Source of the DNA: Kondoa subrosea
Taxonomy: Eukaryota
DNA: 64,000 nt
Assembly: GCA_039545335.1 (NCBI GenBank)
Contig: BCIN01000009.1
Span: 124,001-188,000 of the forward strand
Direction of reading: 5' to 3'
In this document: in pieces, positions 1-12,540 of the stretch
Numbering within the stretch: the first letter of the stretch is position 1
Layout: the number at the start of each line of letters is the position of its first letter
Translations under genes and position numbers: made by a program
The notes under the pieces: generated by a model
Seen by the model: the letters and a program-made list of their open reading frames with translations, nothing else
Told to the model about the DNA's origin: nothing
Database searches by the model: none

Positions 1-3000
1 TGGACCAGGTGGTCTGTTTCCTGCCTGAGGAGCGTATGCCGAATCTCCCGGACTGCTGAATTGCTGCTGCTTTGATGTTTGAGGACCTCCATGCGAGCCT
101 TGAGGTGTAGGAGGTAGACCAAACTGCTGGGTTTGCTGCATAGGAGGAGTCATCATAGGTAAGGATGGCCTTTGACTTGGAGGTGGACTGAGTGCATGTC
201 TTGGCGGAGGTCCAGCAGTGCGAGATGCAGGTGGCGGAGGAGGAGACAAAGCAGAACGAGGTGGTGGCGGACCAGTGCTCTGTCTTGGAGCTGGAGAAGC
301 AGCGGCTCCTCTGCTAGGAGGCGGAGGTGGAACACTACCGCTCATGTGCGGTTGATTCGGCATAGGCGGAACAGGCCCACTTGGGAATGGTGAAGCGATA
401 GGATTGCGAGCTGCTGAGGGCGCTCTTTTGATTGTTGAAGCGGATACAGCCGGAGCATCATTCCATCCGCCATCTGGAACATACTTCTTCGCAGGCGGAG
501 CACTTGACGTTTGAGTTGGCATTGGTGGTGGCATGAAGCTTAAAGGACCACGACCGTATGGTCCACCATCTGCTGCATTCTGAGCAGTACCATAAGGATC
601 ATACGGTTGTTGCTGATTAGCGGGAGCATAAGGTGAAGCCTGTTGATATGGCTGTTGCTGTTGAGGGACAGCTTGGTTCATGAAGGGCTGCTGCCCTTGC
701 GGAGCATAAGGAGATGGAACCGCTTGGTTTGACACAGGTGCTGGCGCAAAAGAAGCGGGCTGAGAGGGAATTTGCTGAGGAGGGGCGGGCAAAGAAGAAG
801 ATGGGTTGCTGTAAAGATTGCCTGGCGCATTGTACATGTTGGCAGCTGGAATAGATGGAGCTGCTGTGTAGCCATTTTGCATAGCTCGACTAGTGGAAGC
901 CACAGGTGTGTTTTTGGCAGCACCCTTGGCACCAGATTTGGCTCCAGTAGCTTCCTGCAATCTTGCTCGAACAGATGTCGGGTCGACATCGAATGATTGA
1001 GTCCCTTCGTAGTCTTTAGGCGTCAAATCGATGTATCGAATAGCTGAAGACAGCATTCCTTGAGCAGCCAAAACTTCCGCATACTCTCGATAGAGGTCAT
1101 ATAGCGCAGCAAGTTTGTATGTTCTGGCACCAGACTGAGCGATTTCTGCCGAGTTAGTCGGCGTAGCCAAATCGACGTCGGTATAATTGACGGCGCTTTG
1201 GAAAATAGTAACTTTTTCGATAAAGGTTTGCAGCGCTTGAGCATGAGCTGATGGCTTTGGTGCTTCAATAGAAGCCTCATCTTCCTTCATCTCTTCAAGC
1301 CAGATGGAAACGACTTTCTCCAGCTTGCCGGCAGCCAGATAGCACAATACAGCATTCTTTCGATATTCGAGATTGGGCGAGTTTGATCGAGTAGAGAGGG
1401 TGTATTGGTATTCAAGACGTTGACCAAGCTGTTCGACTAGACCAGCAAATTCATCTGGTTTCGCAAACGTGCACAGGACGACAAAAATTTCTTGCCATTC
1501 CGGAAGTTCAGCATTCTGCACAATGTCGGATAGATCGTTTGCTACAATAGATTGGAAGAGCCGCAGATAGGGAAGAGCTGTCGTTTGACGCTCGAAGTAT
1601 GCCTTCTGAGTCTTTGCGAGCAGTTCTGGACCGCCTCGAACCGCCAACAGCAAAGCATCGGCATATCGGTCCAACGATAGGCAGAGAGATACAGCACTGG
1701 TATAGTCGCCGAGGATAAGAGCTCGAGTGATCAACCGATCGCTATCTGACTCTTCAGAGGGGTAAATCTTGAATTGATTTGGCTTGACGCTGATTCCAGA
1801 TGCAGCTGATGACGGACGAGATCCAATAGTAGCAGCAACAGAAGAATCCGGTCTTGTTTCGCCTTGCAGGTAGTCAGGCAGAGCAGCCGGACGACCTGAT
1901 CTGATCGAGCTGTAAAAGTCCAAAGTAGCTTGATTATTCTGTTGTTGCGTTGGTGCTGGAGCGGCGTCATCGCCAAAGAGACTTGGTTCTGTCACTTCTG
2001 ATTCTGGCGCTTGTTTGGTGCTTTCAGACAGATTGCTCATGCTAGTTTCCGATCGAGCGGTAGTGGAAGAAGCTGCCGCTGCTGCTTCGCCTTCTGAAGA
2101 GGCAGATAAGCCGTCTGTTGGTGTATCGGCGAAAGTGACCAAAGGTTCTCGAGCGACCGAGCCAGAATCGTCGCCTCCAGCTTCTGAACTATCGTGCAGA
2201 CCAATCTCGCTTGAAGAATGGTGAAGAGATGCTCGCGATTTGTAAGACTGAATAGCTTCCTCGACCATCTTCTTGACTTCCTGCTTTGAGAAACCGAGTA
2301 GCGAAACCATTTCCTCCTTTGAGTCTGCCTTGAAGAGGGCAGCGAGCAATTGCCAACTGACAGCTGGTTTGCCTTTGGCTTCTTCGTCTTTAGCTGGTGA
2401 TGAAGCAGCTTTGACTTTGCTTTCGCAGAATGCAATCAGATCTTTGCCCTCTTTAGCAGTTTCAAGGTTCTTTATTCTCTCAACCAAAGATTGCTCGGAG
2501 GCGACGGTCCGCACGGTGATGGTAGATAGAGCTGGTGGTTGTTGACCTGCGCCTTGAGCCGGAGCTTTCTGTTTGGGTTGACGAACGATGACCAGCTTTC
2601 CACCGAAACCAAAAGTTGCAGAAACAGGTCTTTTGAGCCATTTCGGGGCTTGCGATAGAGATACAGCAGGATAGCTCTGAGTGTTGAGATTGGTCACGTC
2701 AAAAAGATCAGATCCCGTTGGACGTTCAGCTTGGATTTCAGCTTCAGAGCGAGTTGACTGAAGACCTTGAATGCCGATTGTGCCGTCAAAAGAACCGACA
2801 GCGACCAAGTCAGGAACTTGAGGACAGATTTGAGCTCGGAAAGACCAATTGGTGCTTCGCGCAAGCTGTCAATCATCAAATTTCTCTATCAGCCCGAATC
2901 TCAACGGGTACCATCCGACTGACCTCTCCAATCATTTGTCCGCTCATGGGATTCCAACAGATCGTACGCGAGTCCTTACCACAAGTAATGAGGAGATCGG

Positions 3001-4148
3001 GATCTTGCGTGCTCCATTCCATGCTCAAAATGCCTTTCTCATGACCCGATAGCGTCTACAATCTGGCTTAACAAAACTGTTGGCCATAAGGAAAGGCAGA
3101 ACATACCCTTTCTGGCTCTCTAGGATTTCGAAGATCCCACATGAAGACTACCGGCGTCATATCATTCTCTGAAGAGACAGCCAACATGCTCGGCTGAAAA
3201 GCTGCTTTAGTTTTTTTTGACAACACAAACGACGACCTCTCTCACCAACTCGGGATGCCAGGCAACACAGCTAGATCCACCTCTGGCCCCAGCAGCGTTC
3301 ATCCAATTCTGTTGAGGTCCACCTTGACCACCCATTTGCCCTTGAGGTGCAGCGAGTGTGACGAATTCTCTCTTTGTTCTCAGATCCCACACAACAGTGT
3401 ACCCTGAAGAAGAGGAAGTCGCAAAGATAGATTCATGTTGCGGGTTCCAAGCAAGTGAAGTGATATCTTCCAAATTCCTCGAACGCGTTCCAGGCGAGAA
3501 AGGTTTGCCTGGTGTTGCGATATCCCAAATCCAGATCTGTACCAGCAGGGCCATCCTTAGCTTGATATTAAGCTGACGGAGTCATTGCACGCACCTCCCC
3601 ATTGGAAGCACCTGTAGCTAATACATTTGTTTTTATGGAGTTGAAACCCATTGCGCGAATAGGACTGCTATGCATGTCTTTGTTACTCCATATCAGGGCG
3701 CTATGGAGATCATCAGCGCCATCCTAATCAGGGATGTGACTTGACGCACTCTTCGGCTGAAGAATCGTTCATGATTTTGACTGGATCATAGATACCGAGT
3801 TCACCATCTTCAAAACCAGCTGCTATAACGCCTTTAGGGAAATCTGGAGCATGCACATAACCCCAAGCTATGCTGGTGAATCTGTGCATGTATTGATCCA
3901 ATCCTAAGCTTGTGTGAAGCCTAGACGCGCCCTTCAACGCACCTTGCTGCTACTTTAATACAACCTTTAAGTACAGGCTGCTGATTTCCAGTTTGCAACG
4001 GGTCCCAAATCTCGAGCTTGCTCTCATTGGAGAAGGACTCGTCTAAAGCGTCTGCGCTTGATCCAGCAGCTAAGAGAGGTGTCTTGAGACCTTCGGCTGC
4101 CTTAGGCGACCAGCAGAAAGTGGCAGAGCGTTGAATGCTCGCTCGCAT
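1..4148 (-). CDS. SEC31: COPII coat protein Sec31 (3' end runs off the window); multi-exon
   Basis: N-terminus [15 protein letters not shown]...[15 protein letters not shown] and WD40 repeats ([33 protein letters not shown]), then an alpha-solenoid region and a long Pro/Gln/Tyr-rich region, as expected for Sec31. Confidence 0.95.
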
Positions 4149-4367
4149 ATTTCTCTGTCGAATTCGTCGAAGAGGTATGTGTCAGGTGTGTTATTCGTGC
4201 GAGCTAGACCTCGGTATTGGAGCGTGTCAGTCGTTAAAGCAGTCAATGGAGAGCCAGTCAAGCAAGCCTGGTTGATAAAGGTCGACGTGGCTTATAGAGC
4301 ATCAGAACACGACGCCAAAGTCGCGGTCACATCGGAACTGCTTTCGTTTCTCTATGCTCAGTACAGT

Positions 4368-7300
4368 CTATGCACTACTCATTGATTCGTCAGAACCATC
4401 ACTCCCTGATTCAGAACCAGTTTCTGACCCAGAATCAGATGGATCTCCAGTGGTGTCTAAAGTTCTTTCTTCTACTTCAAAGTTGGCCTCCTTCAGACCC
4501 TTGACAATATTTGCAGCTGCAGCGTTGGAAGAAGCGATGGCTGCTATCGAAGTCTCGCATTTGAAAAGAGGTAGAAGCCATTTCTTGAGACATGCAACGC
4601 AGTCTTCTGCCGTCACGTCCTACAGCAGCACGTCAATAGACATCCGCAATCATCAGAAAGAAGGCGGCTCACGTTTGCCGCTGTCAGCAGCTGCCGACTG
4701 TAATTTGCTGGAGTACCACGAAGTGCTTGATTCACGAAACTGATCGAAGCGGCTTTGGACATGTTTGATAGAGCCTGAGCTGTCGCATAAGCCATGCCAC
4801 TTTTGGCTGCTTCGAGTGATAGCTGGTCGAATTCGACCTGACGATCGAAGCCTTTAGTGAATTTTCACAAAGCATCAAGAATCACTCACTGTTCCGTCTG
4901 CCAACTCTTCGACAATCTTCTTAGCCGCAGCCCACGCTAGTACGCTATCTGGACTTCGATAGATCTCAAGTCCCAGCATGCCTTTTTCGGGATCATGGTA
5001 TAGCGAGCATCCGTAAGCCAGCCCAGCTCCTCGAACTCTTGTCCACAGGAAGCCCTCCTAGTGTCGGAGTCAGATGAAGAATAGGCAAGAGGGAAGAAGA
5101 GATCTGACCATTGCATTCAAGGCGCTGAGCACAACTTTTAGCACTGGAAGATCAGGATGATCAAAGCTATCGGGACCCTTCGTTGCATCTGTAGTGCCGA
5201 GAAAAACAAACATTAGCGGAAGCTGCTGATTGTCTCTTCGACCTACGATAAGCATAGCTTGATTCCATACTTGCTATCGAGTAGACAACAGCTTTCTTGC
5301 TCGGCGAAGTACCTAAACTTGAGGAAAGTTCTTTCGCTAGCGGTATTCTGTCCATCGAAGATGCCTGGTGGGAGGTTAGCTCGATCGAACACAGGAACTG
5401 ACAAGCATACTTTGAGCTGTGCGAAGTTGTTCAACCACGCCGTTTTAGGGGATTCAAGATTCGCAATATCTCCTGTTACTGAAATGCGCATGCGTTTTGG
5501 ATCGGTTACTATTGTACTTTAGGTCAACGGGCATATTTTTAGATCGTAAGTTCGCTTACGAGCTTTTCGCAACACCTTGAGATCCTTCACTACCGCTTCT
5601 GGTTCTGTTTGCAGTCTATCGGCGACCAAAGGCTCGTTCTCGACCCGAAACAGCAGCTCAGTAGCGGCTCTCAAAGATTTATTGACGTCAGTAGTAAGAG
5701 TGTTGAGTGCCGAAACCGCTACAGATCGACCTTCTCTTTTTTGAGCTGGCAGAGCTTGAATAGCTTTCTTGGCCGTGATATTCAAGCGTTCAACGTCGAA
5801 TTCGGAATTGAAGAGAAGATCACGCAGCCAGCTTATTGCTTGATTATACTTGTCTTTTGCAACCCGAATCTTGATCTCTACATCTTCTGACAGAGAGTTG
5901 CCAATGCTGATAGAGTAGGAAACTGTATCGCTATCAAGAGCCTTTATGACTTGTTCATAGGTAAGCCGCGAGCCACCAGATCGCGAAAGAGGTAGAGCGA
6001 AGAAGCAGTCAGTGTAAAGGTTGATGAGAGATCGTCTGCAAGCCAAGTATTAGTGCGAAGGAGGAACAGTACTTGAGCTTACTGCGAGGGTGTCAGCTGA
6101 CTCGCGAACAAGTGCAGAGAAACTGTGACGAAATTGCTAGGCGAGGCACCTATCGAAAATATCAGCATAGAGCGATTTGCGAGCAAGAGAGTAGCTTGCC
6201 GTCGAATTGCACAAAGTAAGGCAGGTCTGCAGAATCCTCGTCAATATGTTGTTGAGCCTTGCTTTTGCCCCATCCCTTGTTCGCTCGAGCGCTTTCAACT
6301 TCAATCCAGTTGATGGAATCGAAGGAAGGGATTTTGAAGTCTGAAATAACTTTATCCGGTATCGGCACTTTATTTTCTTTTTGAGCGTCTTCGAGCTTTT
6401 GCTGTAGCCTCTTCAGACCTTCTTCACCATACTCCTTCTTGATGCTTTCCGTTCTCGCTGCATTTTCGGCTTCGTTCTGTTCTGAAAGCTTCTTCGACGG
6501 TATACCGAGTAAAGTGAGAGAAGGAGCGTCAATGATCAGTCTGTAAGGGAAAGAAAACTCTTTCTAAGCTACGAGGATAGCCTTCAAATGAGACTGCCTT
6601 ACTTCTGTATCACATCGGTCCACTGTTTGCTGGTCCACCCAGACAACTCCCGATATCTCTTTCGATCCTCAATACTATTTTGCAGATCTTTGCCTTCCAG
6701 ATCACCAAACAAGAAATCATTGATAAGCGTGTCTTGGAAACTATCTGTTGGTCTTGATTCAAGGTTATTGAGCAGTTTTAATTCATCTCTTTCGATAATC
6801 ATCTTCATCCTGTCCATATCAATTCCGTCCTTGACTACTTTCTTAAGCACTTCTTCCAGCTTATCACCGAAATTCATCAATTGATCAACAGGTACATCAC
6901 TAGCTTGAATCGATAGCAAATTCGTCAATTGTTCTTCCCCATCAACTGATATATCAGTACAGAGCGGTTCAGGGATTTCGATTAATTCTTTACTGAAGAT
7001 AGAAACAGCTGAATCCGATAAATATTTGCCCAATAGGTCCAAAGCTTCTCGAGTAGTGAAATCAGCATATGGACCAGCAGCCCAAGTTCGAGAAAATTCT
7101 CCAACGCTTTCATCTGATTCGGGGAAATAGACGGTCTCAGTTGTGGATTGACCTGATTTCAGTAAGGGTGCGCCATGATTTGCGGCAGAAGGTGTTTCGA
7201 TGAACGGTCTCTTGAAATCTGATGGACCTCTTGGACCATGAGATTGGTTGTGTTTGATGAAACGGGGTTCCATTTCTGTTTCGAGTTTCTCTAGAAGCTT

Positions 7301-8144
7301 GACAGCGTCGATTCGACCAGTCACGAAGACGCAAGTGTTGTAAGGAAGATAAGTCGAGGCGTGATATTGACGGACTGCAAATGCATAAGCGATCATGTAA
7401 AGCGATCAGAAAGATGCTTACTTTGATCGTTGTTCAATACCCTAAGGGCTGCCATGAGACCACCAGTCTCACTTCGATAGCCAGAACTTTCAGGATATAG
7501 TTTTCGTTGCATTCTGTCACCTCGACGATTTTGCTTAGCTGCAGGTAGCAACATAAGCAATCTCCGACTGACCTGGTGTTCATCAGCATCCATGAAGTGT
7601 TTTCAATCCCTTGCATTTCAGAATAAACGACACCTGATTCTTCAGCTTTTCCATTGATATGGAAAACTTCAGTAGTGAAGCCAGTAGGCTTGAGTGTGGG
7701 AAAGAAGACGTGATCAAGGAATATGGGAAGTATGTTGAGGAAACCTTCAGATCCAGCTGTCTGAATAGTATAGGCCGTATTTGTAGTCGCAGTCCATGCA
7801 TTTGTTCCTTCTGCTAATGCCCTGTTGGCTAGTTGATCCAATACACCGAGGTATGGGTAAGATTCGCTACCAAGGAAAATCAAGTGTTCTAGAGTATGAG
7901 GTCGTCCAGAATCATCGCAGATCTCGGTAGCAATAGTAGCGTAGAGATCGCATAATGGACCAGGCGTGTCCAGGTGGACTACTCGTAAACCAGATTTCTG
8001 GGATGTCCATCGAGTGAGACTCGTGCGATTCTTGTCATCGATATCTGTGGAATCAGAGTACAAAGCAGAGAGATCTACAGGTCCAAAGCTACGCTGAAAG
8101 CTGCCTATAGATTCAGGTTTCGACATTGGCGAGTGAGACGACAT
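4368..8144 (-). CDS. M16 family (inverzincin) zinc metallopeptidase, YOL098C/Sdd3-like; multi-exon
   Basis: Inverted zinc motif HTLEH in DDSGRPHTLEHLIFLGS, plus TNAWTA, GVVYSEMQG and a C-terminal VRGAGLAYG motif. Start codon is approximate. Confidence 0.85.
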
Positions 8145-8614
8145 TCTGCGAGTGGAAGCTCTGGGTATGGTTGAAGCAGAGAATCTAAGACCAAAGGGCA
8201 TCCAACAGGCCAGAAGCAAGGGTATAAGTGCACAGAGCAAGCTGACACTGAGGTGAATCGTCGATATTGGTTAAGTAATGCAATGCTGCAGTTGAAATGC
8301 GTAGCCCAGTCCGAGAACTCAGTTACGACGTAGCCCGACGTGCAAGGTAAGAGCGTGAACAATGTGTACTAGAGAATCAAAAGCTTCTCAATTGCAAAAC
8401 ACCTGTTGCTCTATCGTGTCAAAATGCCATACTTTCCGATCGCTTGAGTTCTCAAACCCCGATACGACAACTCCAGCCCAGCACTTGCGACCCATGAAGC
8501 ACCAAGACATCCAGCCAAAGAGAAAACCAATACTGCAGATTTAAGTTACAGTAACAGATCAGCACAACCAGAGAACATCGACAAACGTTACTCACCCGCA
8601 TTGAAAGGGCGGGT

Positions 8615-9321
8615 CTATCTGTAGCTTTTTTGATACTGGTTGTGTAACACTGCAATGAGCAAAGAACAACCTGAAATAAGAAGACCTCGACATACGCGGG
8701 CTCTGGCTCCTGGCTGTAAAGATGACATGAAAATATAAGCATATAGACGTCTGGACATTGGTGCACGAGGACTTACACCACCGAACTTCTTTGGTTCGCA
8801 TCGTCTTGGGTCAGAAACCAGCAGAGTTCTGTCGTAGCTGATGAGGGTTTTTCTTAGTTCAAGAGCGGTAGCTGCGTCGTGGTATTTGCCAGTGTAGGCA
8901 ACGACAGCTCTAGCCAAAGCTTGACGGATAGCGTAAATTTGTGAAGTGTGTCCACCTCCAGAAACGCGGACTTTGATATCAACGCCTTCGAAAGGGTTAC
9001 CTCCTGCGCTGGTTGATGCGGCTCTGATGCAGACAAGGACTGGTTCGTAAACTTTCATGCGAAGAACTTCGGGTTCGACCAAGTTGAGAGGAACACCATT
9101 AACTCTGATTAATCCCTTGCCAGCTTTGCAGAAGGCCACAGCCGTAGCGGTTCTCTTTTTGCCAAACTGAGAGAGAGAGAAAAGCGGGTATCATCAGCAT
9201 AGGTCCAGCTATATGGTCGATAAAATCTCATTCACTGTTTGGACAGATTGTGTGCTGGCCTGCAGATGAGAGTAGCAATATTAGCACTGTGATGCCGTCT
9301 AGGTACAGCAGCACTCGCCAT
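8615..9321 (-). CDS. RPS16: 40S ribosomal protein S16 (uS9); 5 coding exons
   Basis: Spliced product [33 protein letters not shown]...[14 protein letters not shown]...[24 protein letters not shown]. Confidence 0.97.
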
Positions 9322-9400
9322 GATGGAAAGGTAGGAGTCGACGTCGAGACAAAGCCTTGAAATCGGAAAAAAGTTCGCAAAATGCTATCTTCTCGCAGCT
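9322..9400. promoter_or_regulatory. Putative bidirectional promoter region (79 nt between the RPS16 and MOCS2B start codons)
   Basis: Head-to-head ATGs at 9321 (-) and 9401 (+). Confidence 0.55.
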
Positions 9401-10127
9401 ATGACATTGGCCAGAGAGCTCATCACAGAGCAAGGAGACTATATTGGCTTGACTGAGGACGCTCTCAGCGAGCAGTTTTACATTGACAAATGCAGAACCT
9501 CTGCTGCTGGTGCCATTTCACTTTTCGCTGGAACTACTCGTGATTCATTTCAAGGTGTCTCTCCCTCTTGCTTTCGCTTCTAGTCCCTGTAGTGATACCC
9601 TCTTGCTTCTTATTCTTCTGTCTTTCAGGCAAACAAGTGGTTCGACTTGAATATGAAGCATATGTGCCCAAAGCCATCAAAACTTTGGCTGCTATAGCTT
9701 CGGAAGCCAGACAGCTAGCTCTATCTGGAGTCTTCTCTTCTCCTTCTCTTACAGCCAATTTACCAGATGAACCTTCTGAATCAGCTCATCCTAAACAACT
9801 CTCTTCTCCATCCGCTCTTTCGATCGGACACTCGTCTACAAGAGCAGCTAATGAGTTGCTGAAGATCGTTATCGTACATCGTCTGGGCGTCGTACCACCA
9901 GCGGAAACTTCTATTATTATTGTCGTATCATGCGCACACCGAAGATTGAGCTATGCGGCAAATGAGTGGATACTAGAAGCAGTCAAGAAGAAGGCGGGTC
10001 AGTGTCGTGTAGAATGAAGCCTGACTCGAGTTCATATTGATGGAATGGTTCAGAGGTCTGGAAAAGAGAAGTTTACGCGAGCGAAGAAGGTCAAGATGGA
10101 GCTTGGAAAGCGAATTTCCCAGTATAA
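9401..10127 (+). CDS. MOCS2: Molybdopterin synthase catalytic subunit (MoaE/MOCS2B/CnxH)
   Basis: AGAISLFAGTTRDSFQG|KQVVRLEYEAY, HRLGVVPPAETSIIIVVSCAHR and ...EVWKREVY match the MoaE family; two GT-AG introns. Confidence 0.92.
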
Positions 10128-10174
10128 TGAAGATGGTATTACAAATGAAGATGCGATACAACGAACACGGAGAG

Positions 10175-10726
10175 CTAGTATGATCCACCTATATCATAGC
10201 GGAAGTATCGTTTTCCTGGTTTGCCAACTTTCTGCCACTGTAGACAACATTCGTGAGTTGCTGGTTCGCGACTCGGACGATTTGCTCACTCCTGTCCTGA
10301 TCAAAGCTTGTAGCCAGCATCCACCTAGCATGCATACAACAAAAAAGACTTCCGGTGGATTTTGGCCCCAAGGTCTATTCATCCCGGTCACGAACAGCAC
10401 ACAATTATCCCAGAATTATTCTTACCTGGTCGTGCCGTCCACATTGGTGTTCAGCGGTCTATATCCAGGCGTTCCTCTTACTGTCGGCCAATCTTCTTTT
10501 ATCCCATCCCAATTTCAGCTTCGTTCATCTTCGGATCAATCACCTTACCTGGATTGTTCCAGTGCAGATCCTCAGGTGTTGGATCCTGCTCTTCATCACT
10601 CAATATCGAGCCTTGTGTATGAGCCGAATGTTCATCAATCAGATTTCTCTCTTCCCCTCTTAGGCTCAATGATCCAACTAGACTTGACAGAGGTCTAGCA
10701 ATCGTTTCTGTTCTTGCATGAGCCAT
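10175..10726 (-). CDS. Small uncharacterised protein (~125 aa, 4 exons)
   Basis: Three GT-AG introns join MAHARTE...LHWNNP|EDWPTVRGTPGYRPLNTNVDGTT|RPWGQNPPEVFFVVCMLGGCWLQALIRTG|WQKVGKPGKRYFRYDIGGSY* in a single frame. Confidence 0.7.
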
Positions 10727-10881
10727 AGATTGACAGTAACAAGTTAAGACAGGGTTCGCGGTTTTGCTTCCGGGCAGGCGGACACCGCAGGGAGCCGAAC
10801 CCATTTGTCGGTTTTGTTCCTTTCCTGCTTCAACCCTAACATTTCTGATCTATATCATCAGTGTATCTACTTCCGAGCATC

Positions 10882-12316
10882 ATGGTGAACAAAAAACATC
10901 CTACGTGGGCTTACTTTAACCCTTCCTCTTTGATTCGCTGATAGTCATATCCAGGCCGGTATTCTTCATGAGCCACGGCTCAACGATGATGATGGGCGAA
11001 GCATCCAAACCAGCTGAGTTCTGGCGAAGTGTAGGAATCGAAGCCAAAAGAAGGGGAGTGAAAGGTCAGCGTAGAATTAGCCTGGTTCAAGTTCCTATTT
11101 AACTTATCCGATGGACACAGGCATTGTTTGGCAAGGCGCACATTGGGAAGTTTCTGGTGAAGGATTCGAAATCGCCGCGAATCCTGGTGTTTGCAAGAAA
11201 CAGCCTGTCAGTTGGGTTCATCCGAGCAAGGTTGGTCCAGCTTTTCCTTGTTCTCCGTAGGTATTGACGGGCATCAACAGTATCAAGACTTTGAGATAGT
11301 CTGCGATCCGAAACTTGCGAAACGAGTACAAGGTCTGCTGCAAGACAGGGGCATTCCCGCTAAGCTGAACGAGAATGTCGAGTGTGAGTATTGTGGCAGT
11401 TACAAACTCCCGATATCTTGCTGATGACAATCTGTGCAGGGGTTCACGATGTCTTCTTGGTTCTTCGCTGGATGTTTGGCGATAAAGTAAGTCTGTAAGC
11501 ATTTCATACTGAGTAAAGTTCAAGTTCATTTTCAGGGACCTTCCCTACCATGTACTTTGATTTCAACGAACGCATACTACGATCCATGGAAGGTGAGCTT
11601 TGCGCTCTAAGACAATGGTTCAAACTGATGCACGGGTAGAACATTGATGTCGGAGCTGCTTGTCGACCACTGAGATACGAGAACATCCTGTTGATTGGCA
11701 CAGGCGGAGTAGTGCACAATCTTTACCGGAATAAATGTATGTGATACTGTCCTTCAACTGATGTATGTTCTGATCACAATCTTACTTAGGGTCAAATGTA
11801 GATAATTCGCGAATTGCTTTGTTTTCCGGCTGATGAGCATATAGATCGTACTCTACCGGGATAATTTCGCGCAACAACGAGCGCCAGATGCTTTCGCTTT
11901 GGATTTCCGGACTGCAGCAGAGGATGCTTTGACGAAGAATACTGTCAGGCGATCAGACTGGCTGTATAAACTATAGCTGACTCTCATCATCACAGGGTCC
12001 TGCTCTTCGTCGAGCAGCTATGCGCCTCATGTCTCATCCACTCTTTAGAGAGGCTCATGGAACAGGTAACGCTCACACATACTCAGCAATCGGCCGAAGC
12101 TGATATTGTATAGATGATCACTATGCGCCCATTTTATTTGCTGCTGGTGCAGCTGGATCGGAAGAGGATGTTGGTACCAAGAACTACGCTCCTGCAGAGT
12201 GCTGGGAGTTGATCAAGTGAGTTTCAGACACTTTTTGCTGCTGGATGGTGATTGACCAGTCGTTTAGCATGGCGAATACACAGCTGCAGTTCGGCGACTG
12301 GGATCCTCAGCAGTAG
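10882..12316 (+). CDS. LigB-family (type II extradiol) aromatic ring-opening dioxygenase; ~10 exons
   Basis: PVFFMSHGST, QGAHWE, GTGGVVHNL and AHGT|DDHYAP motifs carry the His ligands of the LigB/DODA-like family. Confidence 0.9.
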
Positions 12317-12540
12317 AAGGTGTAGGATTGCAATGCCAAACGCGGGGTCTCCATATGCCTTTAATCCTGCTCCTTTCATGTATTTGCTCTCGCAGCATAA
12401 GTCTACGGACGGCTCATCTCACGGTGCTTTGCTATTGACAATTGCTGTGTGTCTATGTAATTATCAGCATTTTCAGGCTTTCGCTCGTCAAGAGTGTACT
12501 ACCAGTGTTTGCTTCTTGAGCCTGCGTCATACACCTCTGG

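Noticed and set aside
1..1020. Repetitive GC-rich short ORFs on both strands
   Set aside because: Shadows of the Pro-rich region of Sec31
9401..10127. MOCS2B as a member of the catabolic cluster
   Set aside because: No molybdoenzyme is present in the cluster and the gene is paired with RPS16, so adjacency is probably incidental
10045..10698. 217-aa plus-strand ORF after MOCS2B (possible bicistronic partner)
   Set aside because: It is the antisense shadow of the spliced minus-strand small gene and shows no MoaD-like C-terminal Gly-Gly
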